From assembly GCA_010405405.1 (NCBI GenBank), contig MU004230.1:3010627-3074626 (forward strand): 64,000 bases of DNA, read 5' to 3'. The stretch is from Microthyrium microscopicum. Its lineage: Eukaryota. This document shows positions 24,001-35,800 of this stretch, piece after piece (within the stretch, counting starts at the first letter, position 1; the number at the start of each line of letters is the position of its first letter). The notes beneath the pieces are model-generated. The model searched no databases. It was not told the DNA's origin and saw only the letters and a list, made by a program, of their open reading frames with translations. The translations under genes were made by a program, and so were the position numbers.

Positions 24001-25284
24001 TTGGATGTAGGATCATCGACAACATATCATCATATCGATGACAACCATTCGATTTCCCCTGAACATAACATTGAGGACGAAAGCAAAGGAGCTATCCCAC
24101 TGGAGCAAGAGAGTGACTCCACAGGACTAGTATCAAGCGTCCAAAAGCCAGCAAGCGTTACTGCACAACCCTCTGTATCTGGGTGTGAGCACGACGCTGA
24201 AGGATCAAGTTCTCATGAGCAGCAGTACGATATGAAAGATCCAGAATACCCTCTGACTGAGCACAGCCGACTCGATACAGAAGGAAGCTCGACTGAACAT
24301 GGTGCTGAAGCTAACACACTGGAACCAAGTATCCTTGAGCATAACTATTTCGATACTGTCTCTAGGTCACTTGGGCCCCAGAGTAACAGTAGTGCCTCTA
24401 GTCCCTTTGACCTGGAAATAGAAACCGAAGAGTCAAGCCTCCACAAGCCGGCGAATTTCCCAGCTAGCCTTGATCATGCATCAAGCGGCCCAGAACACGC
24501 CCCGACGTTCTCTCAGCCCGAGACATCACTACCCCATGAAGGAGCCTCGTTCGTTGAGCAAATACCTGCATCAGAGCATACAGAGCAAATAATCACTCCC
24601 CCGTACTCTGACCTCACTAGCAATCATTACCGTAACGACTACGACGAGACACCAAGTGATTCTCATGAGAACGATCAGGATGAAACTCCGATAACTCGGC
24701 AAAAATCCTCTCATGAGTACAATACTCCGCTCACCCAGTATGACACTCCCGCCCATCCACAGCATAGCCCCATGGAAGAGTACTCTCCAATCGAAGAATA
24801 TGCCCCATTTGATCAAGGGTTTCACGGCCCGACAGGCGAGTTACCAATTCAATCTCAGTTCAGCAAAGACCATAGGTTTGAGCAGCCACATTTTGATTCT
24901 GAAGAAGCACAATTTCAGCCTCAAACCAGAGAGACAAACCCTTTCAGACTGCCACACACCGATCTTGATTATCAGAGTCATCAACCTCAGTTAGGGGGAG
25001 AAGAAAACCCCTTCAGACAGTCACAGCTGGATTTTGAAGAGCCAGCCCGTCAACCTCGAATGAGAGATGACAATCCTTTCAGGCAGCCTCACTTCCAATC
25101 TGAAGAGACTTCACGGTATGGGGAACAATCTCGGTTTGAATCGCCTTCACAGTTTAGGGGCCCATCAGCTCAAGAGCCTACGGAAGACTACCACCCATTA
25201 CAGCATTCTTTCTTTGGAATGCCCGAATCAGACTCCGCTCATTCGAATCCTTTCGAGGAGGTAAAGCAAAATCGGAGAAAGTAG
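18088..25284 (+). CDS. Very large acidic coiled-coil protein of unknown function; 3 exons (18088-18119, 18179-18206, 18271-25284), ~2357 aa
   Basis: 7-kb open frame; two micro-exons splice in frame (GTAAGC donors, TAG acceptors). Central Ala/Glu/His-rich heptad region and a disordered acidic tail. Confidence 0.88.
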
Positions 25285-26183
25285 TTATTATTTTCAAAAA
25301 GCATGTTGGTCTCAATTAAATTTGAAATGTATTGATGATGTAGATATGAGGATATGCCATCTTGTTTTTAAACTTATACCCAGCTTCTCGATTTTGATTT
25401 ATTTGGCGTTTGCGTTTTGTATACCGGATGTTCCGGGTCAAGGGGAATTTTAGATTCTATAGTAGACTTTGATATAAAGACTAAAACTTTCATAATAATC
25501 TTATGATTTGCAAACTCGAGGCTTGCTAGGTAGTTATTTCATAAGCTCTGCAACATGACTTTGAGATGCATTCGATCCTGAAAGACGTACTATCTGTTGA
25601 CTTTGGATTTGTCTACAGGCAATTACGAAAAATGTCCATCAAATTAGCCCGCCTATCACACGACCAGGTATTTGAACTTCCTATCTAGGCCTCGTTACCC
25701 TAATGGTATATGTCTCATTTGTCAATGAACGCAGCGTGGAACAGCATGCGGTCTGAACCCTCGGCGGCGACCGAATCTCTCAAAGTATACCTATTTACAG
25801 TCGACACGCCGTTCCAGCAGATGTTATACGTTATAGCTTCCCCCGGGGTACTGGTCATTGCAGCAGTGTACCGCATCTCTGAGCGTACAACGTACAATAC
25901 CGCCTGCTGCACCCATGCAATCTAGACCACCACTTATCGAGATTCACAGATTACAGTAGCTATCCGGATGTAGTCACACCAGGGTTAAGGAGCATAGACC
26001 TTGAAGCACATGGGGTAAATTTAATGAAATCTTGGAATGGCCCCTCGGCGCGATTGAATGTCTTTGATACCAACAACATTTTGGAGCCCGAAGTAGGTTC
26101 ATGTGTGCCCCATTGCGTTTCCGTTTCTTTCTTTAGAAAGACTCGATGACTTGGGGCGCGTGATTTTACATTCCTGAGCCACT

Positions 26184-27860
26184 ATGTATCTTTTGGTGCT
26201 TTCTTATGTCTTTGCGTCGCTCGTGCATTTAGTCTATGGCAGAGATCCACGATATGCTGGCCCAGAGATCGCGGCTCGATTGAACAGCGGTGAATATTTG
26301 CGAAACATCAAGCAAACAGTGCAACGGAACATCGAGAATGCGCCACCTGTGCCAAAACAAGTCGTACAGAACAATGTCACAGCTAGTAAGATCTTCTTGG
26401 CCTAACACATTGTTTACAGGCTGACATAACTAGAATTCATCGTCGACGGAAAGAAAATCCCCGAAGTAAATTTTGATGTTGGCGAATCGTACGCTGGATC
26501 AATCCCAATCGGATCGAGCAATAATACTTCGTTGTTCTTTTGGTATTTCCCGACAACAAACCCCGATGGAAAGAATGACTTGACAATATGGCTGAACGGA
26601 GGGCCTGGGTGCAGTTCGTTGGAGGGATTCCTGCAGGAGAACGGTCCGTTTTTATGGAATTACGGTACCTTTAAGCCGGTCAAGAATCCATGGAGTTTTC
26701 AAAGACTATCCAACACGCTCTGGGTAGAGCAGCCAGTGGGCACTGGCTTTTCCCACGGTGACGCAACAGAGTATAGCGAAGAGATGATCGCAACCTCATT
26801 TCTCGCTTGGTTCAAAAACTTCATGGATACGTTTGAACTGCATGGGAAGAAAATCTACATTGCTGGAGAGAGTTATGCTGGCCTCTACATTCCTTATATC
26901 GCTGATGCGATGTTCAATAAAAAGGACAAGAAGTATTTTGATCTGAGGGGCACAATGATTTACGATGGCTCTATCAATACGGATGCCATTATGAGCGCAG
27001 CTCCGACGTATGGCTATGTGAAAGCGTATGACAACATATTCCAGCTTAACGATACCTTCATGGCCGAGGTGGAACAAACGGCGAAAACATGCGGATACAT
27101 TGACTATGTTGAGAAATATTTGACATATCCTCCCAAGGGAAAGCTTCCGCAACCTACGCTACCGACCTCATTTGCCGACAGGAGAAAATGCAAATCACTT
27201 TGGGGTCGCATTCTGGATGCCGTGAGCGCAGTCAATCCATGCTTCAACTACTACCAAATTACAACATCATGTCCTCTCCTCTGGGATGTCCTCGGCTTCC
27301 CAGGTAGTTTCGAATACCTTCCAGAGGGCGCGTCGGTATATTTTGACCGCGCCGATGTAAAGAAAGCGATCAATGCCCCAACAAATATAAAATGGGAAGA
27401 ATGCAGTACCATTCCACTGTCAATAGCCGACATGAGCGAGCCATCATCTTGGTCTGTCCTTCCCCGAGTTATTGAGCGGTCAGAACGAACAATATTGGGA
27501 CATGGTGGACTAGACTATGTTCTTCTGGCCAACGGAACGCTTCTGTCCATTCAGAATATGACTTGGAATGGTGCGCAGGGCTTTCAAAAGCCAGTCAAAA
27601 GTGACTTCTTCGTGCCATATCACGACGAGGAGAGCCAATCGACAATGTCAGGAAGCGGCGTTCAGGGTGTTACGCATACTGAAAGAGGACTGACATATGT
27701 TGAAGTGTTCATGAGCGGCCATATGATACCTCAATACGCGCCTTCCTCCGCTTATCGACATCTGGAATTTCTCTTGGGTCGAATAGAAAGCCTGTCGGAA
27801 AGGACCGGCTTCACAACTCAACGTCATATACCTCAGCCGAGAGATAGGAAGATTTTATAG
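26184..27860 (+). CDS. Secreted serine carboxypeptidase (family S10); 2 exons (26184-26385, 26434-27860)
   Basis: Signal peptide, WLNGGPGCSS, VEQPVGTGFS, catalytic GESYAG, LDY and SGHMIPQY. Confidence 0.95.
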
Positions 27861-28004
27861 ATAATTTGAGCGTTTCCACAATGCTCCGTCCATGAGAATA
27901 CATGCGTTTTCGAGAGATTGAGTATAAAGCGGCGCTAGAGCGTTGAGTCGTTATTGGTAGACTTTGTAGTAATTGTATTATATCTTGAAGCCGAAGGTGG
28001 AGTC

Positions 28005-29507
28005 TCAAGATTCTTCTGTGAAGCTGCAATCAAACGGAATGCCTCGTGCGCCTTTCAAGCAGGATCCGCACACAGGGTGAACTTCATCGCATTTCCTTCG
28101 ACGTTTTCTGCATCCATCACAAGTCTGGCTCGCCTTATTGCGGGTATGCTTCTTCTTTGCTCCAGCCGTAGATTGCTTCTCAACCAGCGTAGCAGCAGAA
28201 CTCTGTTTGACCCCTTTCTTCTTTCGCGATTTCTTCTTCGGTGGTTCATCTTCGGCGGTAGACTGAATTGCACCATATGAGCCATGAATGGATTGCCTCA
28301 GGCCAGCTTGGTCATAATAATCATCGTTACCATATGATCGTTCCGGAGAAAAACCGGTAGGTAGGTTGTTGAAGCTGGAAAATGGATCGAAGCCTCTAGC
28401 TTCGCTTACTAGCTGCTCGCTGGCCAAGTCTGCGTCTTGTGTTGTGTAATCCCAGTCCTCATCCACATTGGTTGGTTTAGCCTTGCTGGACCGTTTGCGC
28501 TTTTTACCCTGGGAAGTGAAATCCTTCTTTGCGGGAGTTTTCGGGCCTTTTGCCGATGCACTTTCGGGCTTCGATGCTGATTTCCTATACAACGGTTAAG
28601 ACTAGGCCAATGAAAATGCCTTGAATGGTTCTTACGTGGATCTGGGTTCAGTCGCCGATGTTTGTTCTGTACGACGTGCTGGCGCTTCTGGTTCAACGCG
28701 GTGAATCGGCAGATGTTGATAGATTGCAGTAATAGAACGTTCCGCCGTAGAGAACACGATTCGAACCGAACCTTTGCAGTCGTATGTTGGCTTGGAAAAG
28801 ATACCTTTGTTTTTCGATTTCTTCTCGTCGTCCTTGTCTTCTTCCGGGTTCTGATCTGTCGTCGTCTTCCTTCGAGCTACGTTCGCAGAACGGTCCTTGT
28901 TCTCATAGGAATCTCGGCATATATATCTATACCGATAGCCGTCCAATTGCTTGGTGTCTGCAAAATGTTTGAGATAATAGCCATACCCGTCGATAGACTC
29001 GACAACGCGGATTATGTTTGCGGCGACGGCTCTCTGACGATCCTGTTTGACTTTCTTGTCCTCCACGCTGGCGAATGCGGAAGCAATGCTGATCTCGAGG
29101 GAGTCGCTCAAAGGATTGCTTTGGAGCCCAAATCCAGTCCGCACCACGTCGGTGACTCCGGTCAGTTGCAGTGCTGTTAAACCGTTAGTCTTGGTTCATC
29201 GTGGTATTCCCATTCTCCACTAGAAACTAGTAAACTGAATTGCCACTGTGCGCTACTCTCGTAGACAGTAGTTCAGAAATACTAAGCAACGCGCGTCAAA
29301 GCTTCACTGGTGCAGTAACATACATCCGGGCGCTTGGAATTTGAATTGGTAAGGGGTGAGTTCCGGAATGAAAGAGTTCGAGTTGGCTTCAATAGCAAAT
29401 TGTATGTGATGTTTGAATTCTGCCAACGACCTGCATGTTATTGATGCTGTCGCTTTATTTCCTGAAAGCTGCGATTTGCTCTTTTTGCCTTTCGTAGGGG
29501 CTTCCAT
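28005..29507 (-). CDS. Putative transcription factor with C-terminal Zn(II)2Cys6 cluster; 3 exons (29507-29324, 29173-28636, 28584-28005), ~433 aa
   Basis: CDGCRKRRRKCDEVHPVCGSCLKGARGIPFDC and basic NLS-like tracts. Three ORF fragments join in frame through canonical introns. Confidence 0.75.
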
Positions 29508-29839
29508 GGCAAAGGAAGCTCCAGTGGCGCAGTAACTCGGTTGGACTTTTGCTCGGACAAGCTATTGTGCCAAAATTATCATTCAGGTGGGAGTTCGCGA
29601 CACGTCTTTGGTCGAATTTGTTGTCAAGCTCCGTTGAAGTTAGATCAATTGAAGTCGGACATGGGATAAACAGTCACGTGAGTAGCTCCAAATTTGGCGA
29701 CGCTCATTGGCTCAATTGATGGTTGACAAGGCTTCAGCCTCGTAGCTAATGAAATCAGAAAATCGACACAGGTATGTGAGTAGTACAAATAAATTGCGTT
29801 ATTATTCCATAATACATTCATTATATTACACATAATCAA

Positions 29840-32800
29840 CTATGAACCGGTTTCGACAACTTCAGAAAACCACTGTCGCAGTGCGGCAGACAGGACAATG
29901 GGCAACTCGCTGACATCTCTAACCACCAGCCACCATCGGAATGGGAACGTGTCCATGTACTTTTTTCTGGTGACTTTCATTTCCCCAGTATCATCTGCAG
30001 TGAATTCTGCAGTCTGTAAATCCATAATGCTCTGGGTTTTGGATTCCGAATTTAGCTGGTCGACAATGACAAACACAATCATAATTCTCTCGTCTTGTGC
30101 TTGCCGAACTAGACGTGTAATTGTTTCATGCTCCTCGCAAACCCCATCGCTTATGATGAGCATCAGTTGCCAGAGGTCTGCTGTGGCACCATGAGAATTG
30201 TTTCTTGCGGTGCGGAACAAATCAATAGCCTTGTGCACAAGTCGGCGAATGTCGGTCTTGTCTTGCTGGAAGGAGAAAGATTGAAAGAGATTAGCCCCGG
30301 CGTTTTCGGTGAATGGGGTTCCAAAGGGGTGTGCTATGTTGGCATCTTGACCAAAGCTGAGGAAGCAAAGATCTCCAGCTTCCAGAACAGAGAGGGATTT
30401 TGCAATTAGAGCAAGTGTTTGAAATGCTAGATCGACCTTGTTCTGATCCTTTTCGTCAGAATCGGCCATACTCTTGCTGTCGTCGAGAGCGAGCATGATT
30501 TGATAACTTCGCTTCGACGGAACACTACGTCTCATCCAAATCTTGTCGCGCTTATAGGAAGAGGCGATATAAGGGATGATTCGTTTGATATTAAGCCGCT
30601 TGCCAGTACGGAAGTCGCCTCGAAGTTTGGTGGCAAGAGTTGGGGCAAGGATAAGTCGTAGCTGCTCCGTCAAAGTTGCAGAAAGAGTTCGAGTACTGGC
30701 TTCATGTTTAGCCCATAAAGCTCCTGCAGGTTCTGTTGATTGCTCGGAATATTCTTCGGGTGTACCAATGTTGATACTGTCGATGTCAAGATCAATTTCT
30801 TCCGCAAATTCATCGCCATCCATGGCATCGTGACCATTCAGCTGTTCCTCGAGATTTTTTTGTTGACCCACGAATGCGTTTGTTTGTCCTACCGCCGGAG
30901 CAGAAGAGTGGGTGTTGTCTGCATCCTTGGGAGCATCTTCTGTCGCATCCATATCTAGGTCATCCTCTAGCGGCTGAGCTACCTCTTGGTCGTCAACTGG
31001 GACAGCCTGTTCTTGATCTAAGGCGCTAGCTTGTTCTTGAGTGGCCACTCCAAGGGCTTGTGCTTCGCCATCAGCAGTGTCGTCGGGTAGGTGCTCAAAA
31101 TCAGCATCAGTCATATCGACATCAGTCTGCTCAGGTCTGGCGTTCTGTTCCTCTTCTGGGGCATGTATTTGTCTTTGTTGATTGTACCATTTCTGGAGCA
31201 CATCGCCCAACTTTTTGAATGGTTCAGAACCTGATCTTTGGCTTTCTTCTTTACGACCCACTGCGTCCATGGTCCCAGATTCTTCATCGGTGCCTTTGCC
31301 CCCAGTAGCGTCCGCAGATTGGCCTGTATTCTCAGACTCTGTTCCTTGAGTGGCTTTTGATGCGCTGTTGAAGTCGGAACTCTCTTGCTTTTCCTCATCA
31401 TTAGCCTGAACACCAGCACCTTGTTGATCATTTGGCACAACGTCTTCGGCACCTGCATCAGTATCTGGTGCATGCAGAGCTGGCTCTGGCTCAAGTTCAG
31501 GTTGAGGCTCGTCAATACCCTCATCTTTCTCTCCTTCCGTGCCTACCTCGGCTTCGTCGTCGGCATTGGAGCCAACATCCTCTGAATCGGCTGGAGCATC
31601 ATCCATCTCAACATCGTCAACTTGGGGTTGCTCTTCGTCTAGTGACTTGTAGTCATCGTCATTTCCATCCTCATCTGCAGGAGCCTCATCTTCGCCCAAG
31701 TCGCTGAGTCCATCCATAGATTCATTCATTGAACCGGCTTGACTCTGTTGATCGATATCCATGTCATCCGGTAAATCGAGGGTTTCTCCCTCGTCCATGT
31801 GAGGATCGGCGGCTTCTTCATGTTCTTGCGTCATCCCTTCAGGCTCATCCGCGGCTGCTTCTGGGGAGGATGCGTCTTCTTTCGCATTATCTTTGTCATG
31901 CTGCTCTTCTGCAGCAACTTGTTCCTCCTCCTGAACACCTTTGCCATCCTTCCCTTCCTTTTCCTTTTCAGTCTTCTCGCCAGAGTCCCACATCTTTTCA
32001 TCTACAGCAGATGGACCCAAGTCATCCACGTCGCCTACTTCTTCGTCCATCTCTTCATCATCATTTTCATCACCCGAACCCTCGCCATCTTTTTCTTGGT
32101 CTTCGACATCGTCAGTTTGTCCCTGCATATCAGCATCTGCCATATCAACAGCATCTTGTTCATCGTCCATGTCTTTATTCTCTTTGTTCTCCTGCTCTTG
32201 TTCTGCCAACTCAGTAAGATCTTCATCGTCCCCAATATCTTTACTGATATCCTCAGCTCCTTCGCCGTCACCAAGGCCAGTTCCGTCCTCGAGCTTCTCG
32301 GTTCCAGCTTCTGCACCAGCGTTCTTGTCCGGAGGAGTGCAGAAACCATTCTTGGCAAGATTTACAAATGTCTTTGCCAAGGTGTAGGCCAGTCTCGAGG
32401 TTGCTTGATGAAGATTCGAGTACTTGTCTATGCAATTTTGTGCTATGCAATTATATTGGCGAATAATTGGAGTCACACTGGCCACGAGTTGGACAGCAGC
32501 CTGGAGATCTTGTTGTTGAATGTGGTGCAGTCTGTCGAGCAAGCTTTTCAAATTTGAGAATTGAGCTTGAATACGCAGACATCTGAAATTCATCATTCGA
32601 CTTTTCTCTTCTGCAACGAACCACGACGGTACCTCATTGCTGGAAGGTAATGCAGCCTGTGACTTTTCAACTTCTTGGATTGTTGCAAGTACCGCATCAA
32701 TCATTCGAAAAAGATCCTTACGGAATTCAACTACTCCATAGCTCTGTGCTGCATGCACTCCGTTGGAGTAAATATCTTCTGATGACATGAATGGCTCTAG

Positions 32801-35800
32801 CTGCGTTAATGAAGGCACAATGAAAGGGAACTCTGCCTTCCACTCTTCGGCATTTTCTCGCAGTTGCGCCATCATAGACAAGCAGTCCTCCAGAATTTGC
32901 TTTTCATCATCACTAGTGATTGCGGAGGGAAGGTTGGGAAGATTAACGATCTTGTCTGACATCTCCAAACAAGACTTTGACCACTTCTCTAAGCCCGATA
33001 TTGCTGCAGCGGCCTCTAAGCCACCGAGAGAAGCTTGTGCGTTGATTGTTGTGACTACGACTTGACAAGCATAAGACACGCGTCTCATTGTCTTAAGTGA
33101 AGTTTCAAGCTTGCGACGAGAGCCCTGACCACCAGGATACAATTGATAACCTGCATTCGCCACGTTAAGCATCACCTGAAGCTCACTATCGAATGTAGCA
33201 AGCTCAGAGCTGACTTGAATGAGATTTGTTCGTTGGCTTATGACCTGCTGAAGAAGTCCTTCCAGGTAGCCGATGCTTCTGTTGACTTCAGCTGATGTGA
33301 GATCGGAAGAATGCTCGTGTGGAACATCGCGAACTTGTGGCATGAGGGTCAAAAGTCTATGAAAGTATACATCAGATGTTGCCTCCTTCTCATCTTGCCA
33401 AGCAGGAGTCATTGTAATCAGTCGGGCACGGGAATCTTGTCGAGCCAGTGTATCACTGGAAAGATTGGATTGCAAGCCCATACGTCGGAGTAGCTTCAGG
33501 GTATCCGCAAAAAGAGCTCGCTTGCGGTTTTTAAGTGCCTTGACGGCGTCTTTAGTCTCGTCCGATAGTTTTCCGGGAGTAGCTTTTTGAAGTTCAGCCA
33601 TGGAGTCCTTAAGCTGTGACAAGAAGTCGATGAGATACTCGGAGCCGTCTTGTGCTTCGTCGGAACCTTCGCTGTATATTTCAACCATAAGCTTGACAGT
33701 ACTGTCGATATTGCGAAATCTCGACGGCACTTCCAACCAATCTGCAAAGTGTTGTTCAAAAGTTGTCTGAGCTTCAGTCGCCAATGAAGAAGACTGAGCT
33801 TGTATCTTTTCGGTGACTATAAGCGTGTTCTGCTCCACACTTTCGGATGGTTCTTTGGCGAGTATAGAGGAACAAGACTGTCTCAATAGAGCCCGGAACT
33901 TTCGAACAACCTTAAATAGCTTCCGATGAGAAGATTTCGCACTTTGTCGCAATGCGTCAATATTGGTGTCTTTCCAGCTCGCAAGTTGGACCACTTCTTT
34001 AACATCTTTTTCCATTCGAGCTCTCTCTTTGTGCAGCAAATCGTTGACAGGCGCTCGAAACCGGTTGTAGAAGGCCACAAAATTTGCGAGTGCTGCACGA
34101 ATGACACCGAGTTGCGATTTTTCACCTTCGCGGTGGCGCAGGTCTGCAATGAAAGCTGACAACAGATCCAATCGAGCATGAAATTGGCCAATACTGGTGG
34201 ATTCGAGGAACTTCTCTAGAGTACGAACCATTTGCAAGGCATGATCTTGGACATTTTCGCCAAGAGCGTCAAGGCTTTCAGAAGCAGCAATGATACTTTC
34301 GTAAGCCACGAACCACCAGCTCTTCGCATCGTTGACGCAATTCTCCACTTCAAGATCCAAGAGTTTCAACCAGGTACTGAGCTCTAACTGACGCCAGTGA
34401 ACGAGAAGGTTTGTGAGTTCGTCATATAGTGTTTCTGCACTATATTCCTTGCTCGCAACTTTCTGCCATTCGTAGATGGCTTCATGCAGCTTCTCACATT
34501 TCGTCATGAACTTGACCACTGGTTCAACATGACTGAAGTCGAGCACCTCGGAACAAATTCTGAGGACATCGCCAAGAGTAGCTTGCTCGGGCCAGGTAGT
34601 TTGTAGCTCTCTGAAGCGAGTCTGTATTTTCCGTACATGAACTATAAGTGATAGAGCTTCTTTGATATTCTCGTCTTTGTATATGTTGTATGTTCCATGC
34701 TCAGGAGAAATGGCGGAGACTCGGCGCAGTTGGTTCTGAATGCCAACGTACAACAAAGGTAGTGACTGTACTGACAGAGCGTTTTGATCCAGCCCCTCGA
34801 GTTTTTGAAGGTAAGCCAGGAGAGATGTGTCTTGCGCAGAAGAGCAGAAGATCCGTGCGTGAAGATCATGGATCTCTACAGAGAGATTTCGCATACGATC
34901 AGCGTTGGTAACCTTTCGCTTCGAGTCAAGTTTGTCCTCGCTAGGAAATAGCTCTTCAAACTCTTGCTCCTGTGCTTCTTCATCATCCGAGTAAGAGCCG
35001 CGGAAAGTGTAGAGATTTGAATTTTTGACATTCTCTTCCTGTGCTTCTTGAATGCTAGTCTTCCACTTGTAATAAAAATTATCAAGTATGTTTTGAGTAG
35101 TCAGTGTATCCGACTTATCGATGCTATGATCAACTTTGCGAACCGTGGCAAGTCGACGAAGCTCCTGAAGACTTTCCGGGGCATTTGAAATTGGCTGAAA
35201 TACGAGATTATGGAAGCTGAAAGTCGATGTCGCTATTCCCAAAGATAGGGGATACGATCCACCATAAAGTGTCAGGCCAATGATTAGAAGGTGAAGAAAA
35301 CCGATCAAAGGTTGGGTAATATCATTGTAAGCCTTGAATTGATGTTGCAGCTTTTGGATGATTTGAAGCAGATTTGGCACGGTGGAAGAGTCAAGTAGTT
35401 CTTCGTGGCGTTCAATGCGGGCTACCAAAACACCAACAATGCGCAAAACGTGATTGAACTCCTCTTGAATCTGCTCAATCTGGCTGATGCTTGGTCGTTG
35501 AGCCACCCCATCCAATTCAGGAGGCTCGACAGTGCCCATGTCTGCGATGAGCGATGAAATCTGAGCAGATCTCAAGCTGACTTCCTGTCCACTGAAAGTC
35601 TTCTGGTATTGTTGAAACGCCTCCTTTCGGTTTTGCCAATATTGCTGGGCGTACCACCGCATATCTTTCTCGACGTGTTTCTTGGCAAGTGGATCTACGA
35701 GGGCATTTGGCACATAGCACAAGAGGTGTGCAATAGCCAGTGAGATGTATGCTTGGCCAAGGCCGCTTATGGACTCATCTTTTGGGCTCCTTAGATAAGT

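Noticed and set aside
31385..32557. Several long plus-strand ORFs antisense to the midasin D/E-rich tail
   Set aside because: Shadow ORFs produced by repetitive GAN codons; translations are low-complexity Ser/Phe/Leu strings.
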